From: an uncultured virus (IMG/VR IMGVR_UViG_3300045836_000189)
Taxonomy: Duplodnaviria; Heunggongvirae; Uroviricota; Caudoviricetes
IMG/VR virus record: IMGVR_UViG_3300045836_000189
Coordinates: 1 to 64,000 of that record
Length of the DNA stretch: 64,000 nt
Strand: one strand, 5' to 3'
Positions 60,501 through 64,000 of the stretch are shown one piece after another. The translations under genes were made by a program, and so were the position numbers. The notes beneath the pieces were generated by a model. That model made no database searches. It had not been told where the DNA came from and was given only the letters and a program-made list of their open reading frames with translations. Position 1 is the first letter of the stretch; the number at the start of each line of letters is the position of its first letter.

Positions 60501-63500
60501 ATTCTGATGTGGCTTTTGCCCTCAACCCCACCGGAACCAAACTGATTGGTCAGTTTGATGGTAATGAATTCAAGGTGAATAAAATCCTGACAAAGGATGG
60601 CCGTGATCTGACCAATAGTGATAATCCAGCTGTTGCCCAGACCCTGGAGCAGCACGTACCTTTTATCACAGACGCTTTGCGTGAGATCAAAAACGGTACG
60701 GACGAGACCAAGGTTAACATGCAGAAGAAGGCCCTGCAGGATACTTACATGGATATATCTAATGTACCTGTAGAGAAGTCTATTCCTGTTGCATCAGCTG
60801 TTCCGGCACCAGTAGTTCAGGCTGCTGCACCACAGGCAGTGAATACCCAGCAGAAGAAGATCCAGGAGATGAGTGCTCCTAAGGTTGCTCCTAATGGTGA
60901 GCTGAAATACTATACCATAGAAGATGCTATGGCAGCTGCCCAGATGAAAAATGGTAAACTCTCCACTACCCTCCATGTCTATGATGAGGACACAGGTGAA
61001 GAGAAACCACTGAAAGCAGAAGTAGTTATCCCTGATGGTAAACTGAAAGCTGCACAGATTGCCCTTAAGATGGCACTGATGCAACAGATCAGCAACGAAG
61101 AGGAAGGCCCTGTTTTCCGGGAAGTGATTTCCCGTGAGCAGTTTGACGGGCTGGAAGACTTCAGAAAACTCTCTGAGTTCATGAAAGAGAACCTTCCACA
61201 GATCCCTGTGAAAAAGGTCGGTGATCTGATCCATGGTAAAGCCTATGGAGCGTTCATGAAAGGGGCTGTCTATATCTACAACAAAGCAGAGATTGGTACA
61301 GGTTACCACGAGGCTTTTGAAGCAGTATGGGCTTCTTATCTCCAGCCGGAAGAAAGGGAAGCACTGATCAACGAGTTCCGTTCCCGCAAAGGTGAATTTG
61401 AAAACCCGTTCTCCAGGGAGACCAAACCTTACAGCCAGGCTTCTTTATATGATGCACGTGAGGTAATGGCTGAAGAATTCCGTCACTATATCCTCCGTGG
61501 TGAGTTTCCTGAGAATGCTCCAAAGGCAAAAGGATTCTTCCAGAAGCTGTGGGATTTTATCAAGCGTCTGCTTGGTATGGATCCTGATGTGAAGAAAGAA
61601 TTCCATGCCAGCATTCATGACGTATTTGAAAAGATCCGTACTGGAGGCTTCAAAGATCATCCTTCTATCCGGGAACAAAGTGAGCAGTTCCCTGTGTATA
61701 AAGCTGTAGGCGGCCTGACCCAGGAAGAAACAGCACAGGCCATTGAAGGTCTTGGCTACTATTTCTTCCGTGGATTATATAATGACGGCAAGAACATGGA
61801 TAGCCTCCTGAACCGTCATGATCCAAAGCTGTCCAACGAATTACTGAGTAAGCTCTTTAATGAGGCCCATGATGCTGTTGTGAAGAATGCAGCTATCATT
61901 GGAAAACGGGTGGTAGAGGAGCTTCAGAATAACAAGCAGGATCTGTATAGCCAGTTTAAAAAATCCATCAGCCGTTTTGGTCTGGATTTTAATGAGCATG
62001 ATGACCTCTTAGTTAAAGAGGAGAAAACAGATAATGCCCTCGGTATCCGGGATAGCATCTCTGTGGATCCCAAGAAGATGAGTGCCGTGAATGTAAAGCT
62101 TTTACTGGCCTCTCTTCCGATGACCACAAACCGTAAGGGTAATGTGAAGCTGCAGTATAACCTGCAGATGAATCAGCCACGTCTGGAAGATTACAGCCGG
62201 GTGCATAATATCCTCTTAAATGAGCTCAGTAACCTGGTTACCGTGCATGGTGAAGATGGCAGTCAGCATCCGATGATTGCCCAGATGTTTGAAAAGCTGG
62301 ATAGCAAATACCGTTATCCAAGTGGCAACTACCGGGATGGGTATGGCTGGATCAGATCCGTAAAGGTTCGTTTGAGGTATGAGGATGTGAATGGGGAGAA
62401 AGTACCCGTGGAATCCCTGTCACAGGATGACATTATGCTGCAGGTGGCTTTTGTAAAGTCATTTACCAATGCCAAGACCACTCCTCAGAACCTGATTGTA
62501 GGGGAAAATGGCTACATCTACAGCATGAATCCTATTGGTGATACCAATATCAAGAGAGTAAGGGAATCCTGGAGTAACAACCTTAAAACTGCCATTATGA
62601 AAAACGCGGAGGGCCTGGTAAAAGTCAATCCTTCCGGCATGATGGAGTTAAACAGGAACAGCCAGGACTACCATGACCTGATGGGTATCCTTGCTAACAA
62701 GCAGGCACTTGACCTGGAGAAAGCATTGGCTGCTTATAAAAAGATGGGCATTGAGTTCTCCGGAACCACACAACAGCTTAATGAGAACAGTGTATTGTTA
62801 AACGGTACCCTGCTGCATATCCTTACCCAGATGAATGAGGGTGCCATCAACAACGTGACTGACCTTTATGGTAACAACGTGGTAAGTGGCCGTATCAACG
62901 ACCTCCTGGATCTGGAAGCTACCTTTTCTGCAGAAGATGGGGAGCTGTCCTATAGAAACGCGGACGGTGAGCAGCAGTACAGCGTAAGCATTCCAAGCCT
63001 GCTTTCCAATACGATCAACATCCTCAATACAGTACGTTCTCAAAAAGAACTGGTACAATCAGCTCCGTGGCTGGGATATATTGATGATAAGGGAGAAGCC
63101 CAGTTCTATGCTTACCAGCAAAACAGTGAGCTTTTGAAAAAAGGCGGACTGCTGTTTAATACCAAGGGCAACCGTAAAAAGGGTAATGACTCCAAAATGG
63201 CCTACCAGGTAATATCTGGTATGACTACCCTGCTACAGGGAACCAGCACTGCTAAACTGCAGTTTCCGGACCGTGTGGCCAATGAGATCCACTATCTTTT
63301 AAATAACACAGTATTCTCTGTAATCAACTCTGATAAATCCACAGAGTTTGGAATAGGCATCCCAGGCAAGCAGTTACTGGTAAGCAAAGAGGATATTGAC
63401 GGCCTGCTGCATTTTAACAATTCCAAAGTTACCGATAAATACATAGCCCATCTTTCTGATGAGATGAATGCTGCCGTGGTGAACAAGTACAAGCCAAGCA

Positions 63501-64000
63501 GCGTGCAGTATTATGCAAAACAGGTACGTTCACTGGGACACTTCAAAGATATTCTTGGTGATAAACTTGTATCACAGTTCCAGAAGGAAGTACTGGACAG
63601 CAATAAATATCCAGGCCCTAAAGGTCATGAGCGTTTTATAGAAAAGAACAGAGCTGCCATTGCCGATGCTATCAACAAGTACATCCTGGCTGAGACAGAT
63701 AAAACCGTAAGCTTCCTGAAAAAACTGGATCTGTTTACCAAGCAGGGAACTGTATATACAACGGATGCCATTGACAATAACCTTCTTGCGGATATACTAA
63801 AGACCTCAGAGACTTATAATGACCGCCAGGCTTTTACAGAGAACAATCTCCGTACACTGGCTGGTATCCTGGTGACTAACAAAGAGCTGCTTACTGCAGA
63901 ACAGCATAAGTTGATCTATGGTCACCCGGCTTACTATAAAGACCTTGCAAAGCGTGCCAATGGTGCTACATCTACTAAGGAACAAATGGTGGACGATCCA
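54569..64000 (+). CDS. giant virion protein (>3144 aa, partial), probable virion-packaged RNA polymerase with zincin-like domain
   Basis: ATG at 54569; frame consistent at spot checks (GYHEAFE at 61301, last codon 63998) and no terminated ORF reported; size and position as phi14:2 gp66; catalytic DxDxD motif not seen in the window. Confidence 0.7.
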   Translation, partial: MQFNAGYIPDEVKPNFITPDKTILDFVNPFQDAQNFNPQIQSGGGDPLASAFSNFARKGMSESTMAAPTFYDWKGSNADRYVNTDYYRQEGFDPFVDNESKYGYRQTWGNMIGNAFAGAGKLAWQTFKSGWEGWADMANALFSWDSSKLAGSPEDLKEMYDTQNEIMNKYAIYSTPESQNSIFNKQFFGNMLQQSGFAVGATAQFLSEELLTMGASSALSAGKFAVEGAAFTNRAIKFQEMLRDFTKLGEIWKENRVVDNLLSGAKRLIPLSETGEDIGKAWKALDLRQAWKEGRTADVLKGTAQLGYIGAGGLKRALSEANMSMSEARMEAAGTYGDLNKRLTDEYIAQNGQAPVGADADKIQKMSYKAGLENFWVNSGVLMAMNRIQFDNLFSKFGSERKLLNEMGDMAEHTFSVTRNVAGQETTRVFEKGMFGAAGKFSDIAATFGRRAAAWEATKSAAKGIFKWETSEGVQEILQDLSNNTLQDYYYDLYHGAKGYSYGRSLDRAVKQEESISGAQTFLMGALTGRLLSPFTYGMEKGVERVRTTSEQRNKIDLERKDVISTLNAFYQDPNNFFKNAIANFKGQEGAAFNMQEAVKNRDQYTWQNYKDSALASLISSAKKTGMIDSVLDTIRAYGDHIQGDQLKEAYGIDPTEENIKDTKAYFNSVADRAGEYSKNFDILKDKYGDLINPDLFKEGSAGHIQALFAKRALDDAIEILATNRFKSDRAMDRVKSIYSELQQNKNIGQSAASAVHTLASEEEVTKQMALLKEELKGLNDNPTKNADIHQQIEYKQAQLEALTNWKDNYSAWDNQHVTEKIKNEAAKDAWQKYVTAKNQEAGLSTVISNDDINDSFEHLAHYTQLNQDHKEYIDAYNTLANPKRFVMLHGKMMDAMNRVRELFRTEHEQELEQTGAAPKNSFTMTGTDDEGKEYSIDINEGDHYVTDANEDKVIFKGKVAKTFNNNLIKILKIDGDNVTIQVNNGKTYEVSKDRLAKAGKLWNLKDMNADARIYFKNRDMVLPINVNSKTGKPHLINGEYAKKDYSKGGVNANARLVLVKENGEQVLKLQYKNPVTGKIETMNYNKEYLLKYGDGKINLRTMPSEEQEQQRKNQERLKNNYDTQLKIFQDRVAEANTQIEQAKVNRQQNEETFQRLRQQLMDDRTELELVKEELEKYEGKKGRKSNLRKSLEENRDRLVKSITEAQDHIDKVKQERENLDNTIKALKSAQDLYEMAALELMDTGAPFDRNGGDKLSSNAQDQHDQLSENQMTARFNKEQVDQMVEDTQNEINNLDHKINSLEGYVKDLKNILRGITDINDFLDFMDMPEGGVHRKTMRDYLRKKIEEAPDDASKERYQKMMNQFLKNQSTHANDIIFLLSSMRDSLRELDTLGKQMDEQQQKMERLKTAQQQKAELSSLADRIDFLNQVQDVLTADKHKAKPVLPVKGTPEHQEGLVSDVEIESDPESQTYKDKKPRFEEVGFNKTFGRHYIDQADTEVNTADGSDRFFDFTGRQNVMNQGYELMAVTEHNDEFGIRQTEHNPNDIKLVVVKKDEKGNVSYIGKDGKVLENPSKDNIVYRSMADINSWTVERVRKDYTVHPDTTDAQIQQKIDEHKAYQKNLVERSKEGPVYLKAVSTSPGIDRVERTHEGTLAKAEAEGRVIEDDPAWDDLRSAHNPEANIALVVATGDGQLSNGSQAPGVLAGRVVTQEYTHDGSGNKRWGDKISRVFNRALNIDEKKKVVEALVRLSQLFGRKDHKDPALRLTAAEEAEYDLIFSYLKNVLPWGGWKNGGNSQRRKPGSLFRIDNGLKRGDNFSIPFDEENIRKNQEELLKDVFHNVNNRTLQKNEGFRDIAFKDGRVIPGRQFDTYQEYLLAKRENGELPPVYTSLPRADSATPQRTSAYLNWVDPHVQFERAESPYSQPQKREADLQNPPATPAPVATPAAVQQQPASTSLPAPVHTQQISYKGNLQGIPTNSDVAFALNPTGTKLIGQFDGNEFKVNKILTKDGRDLTNSDNPAVAQTLEQHVPFITDALREIKNGTDETKVNMQKKALQDTYMDISNVPVEKSIPVASAVPAPVVQAAAPQAVNTQQKKIQEMSAPKVAPNGELKYYTIEDAMAAAQMKNGKLSTTLHVYDEDTGEEKPLKAEVVIPDGKLKAAQIALKMALMQQISNEEEGPVFREVISREQFDGLEDFRKLSEFMKENLPQIPVKKVGDLIHGKAYGAFMKGAVYIYNKAEIGTGYHEAFEAVWASYLQPEEREALINEFRSRKGEFENPFSRETKPYSQASLYDAREVMAEEFRHYILRGEFPENAPKAKGFFQKLWDFIKRLLGMDPDVKKEFHASIHDVFEKIRTGGFKDHPSIREQSEQFPVYKAVGGLTQEETAQAIEGLGYYFFRGLYNDGKNMDSLLNRHDPKLSNELLSKLFNEAHDAVVKNAAIIGKRVVEELQNNKQDLYSQFKKSISRFGLDFNEHDDLLVKEEKTDNALGIRDSISVDPKKMSAVNVKLLLASLPMTTNRKGNVKLQYNLQMNQPRLEDYSRVHNILLNELSNLVTVHGEDGSQHPMIAQMFEKLDSKYRYPSGNYRDGYGWIRSVKVRLRYEDVNGEKVPVESLSQDDIMLQVAFVKSFTNAKTTPQNLIVGENGYIYSMNPIGDTNIKRVRESWSNNLKTAIMKNAEGLVKVNPSGMMELNRNSQDYHDLMGILANKQALDLEKALAAYKKMGIEFSGTTQQLNENSVLLNGTLLHILTQMNEGAINNVTDLYGNNVVSGRINDLLDLEATFSAEDGELSYRNADGEQQYSVSIPSLLSNTINILNTVRSQKELVQSAPWLGYIDDKGEAQFYAYQQNSELLKKGGLLFNTKGNRKKGNDSKMAYQVISGMTTLLQGTSTAKLQFPDRVANEIHYLLNNTVFSVINSDKSTEFGIGIPGKQLLVSKEDIDGLLHFNNSKVTDKYIAHLSDEMNAAVVNKYKPSSVQYYAKQVRSLGHFKDILGDKLVSQFQKEVLDSNKYPGPKGHERFIEKNRAAIADAINKYILAETDKTVSFLKKLDLFTKQGTVYTTDAIDNNLLADILKTSETYNDRQAFTENNLRTLAGILVTNKELLTAEQHKLIYGHPAYYKDLAKRANGATSTKEQMVDDP

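Noticed and set aside
54535..63492. Numerous short minus-strand and alternate-frame ORFs
   Set aside because: Shadow ORFs of the single giant plus-strand ORF starting at 54569
1..64000. Stop-codon reassignment, as in some crAss-like phages
   Set aside because: Long genes are intact under the standard code; TAA, TGA and TAG all end genes; no suppressor tRNA was seen

Overview
This window is part of the genome of a crAss-like (Crassvirales-type, podovirus) phage that most likely infects a Bacteroidota host; it uses the standard genetic code, lacks Shine-Dalgarno motifs and has TAnnTTTG-type promoters. Positions 1-5941 hold small leftward accessory genes, including an ABC-type ATPase that stops before Walker B and a tRNA-like RNA with a 41-nt insert in place of its anticodon loop. 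Positions 6.3-10.3 kb hold regulatory and RNA genes: an 8-tRNA operon, an XRE repressor, a 156-nt tRNA-Asp-like RNA and tRNA-Met. From 10.3 kb a rightward morphogenesis block follows: terminase, portal, scaffold, major capsid, ring/fibre/FN3 proteins, a muzzle protein with a vWA insert, ejection proteins, and a >3100-aa ORF running off the end that is probably the virion RNA polymerase. The main finding is an apparent classical ribosome-dependent attenuator in front of the tRNA operon. Its 26-aa leader peptide has a control stretch (TTTYCHQHPFFWNQ) containing all eight amino acids served by the downstream tRNAs, together with mutually exclusive protector, antiterminator and terminator hairpins. 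This looks like a phage sensor of tRNA depletion. Protein family calls come from motif recognition and synteny, not from database searches.
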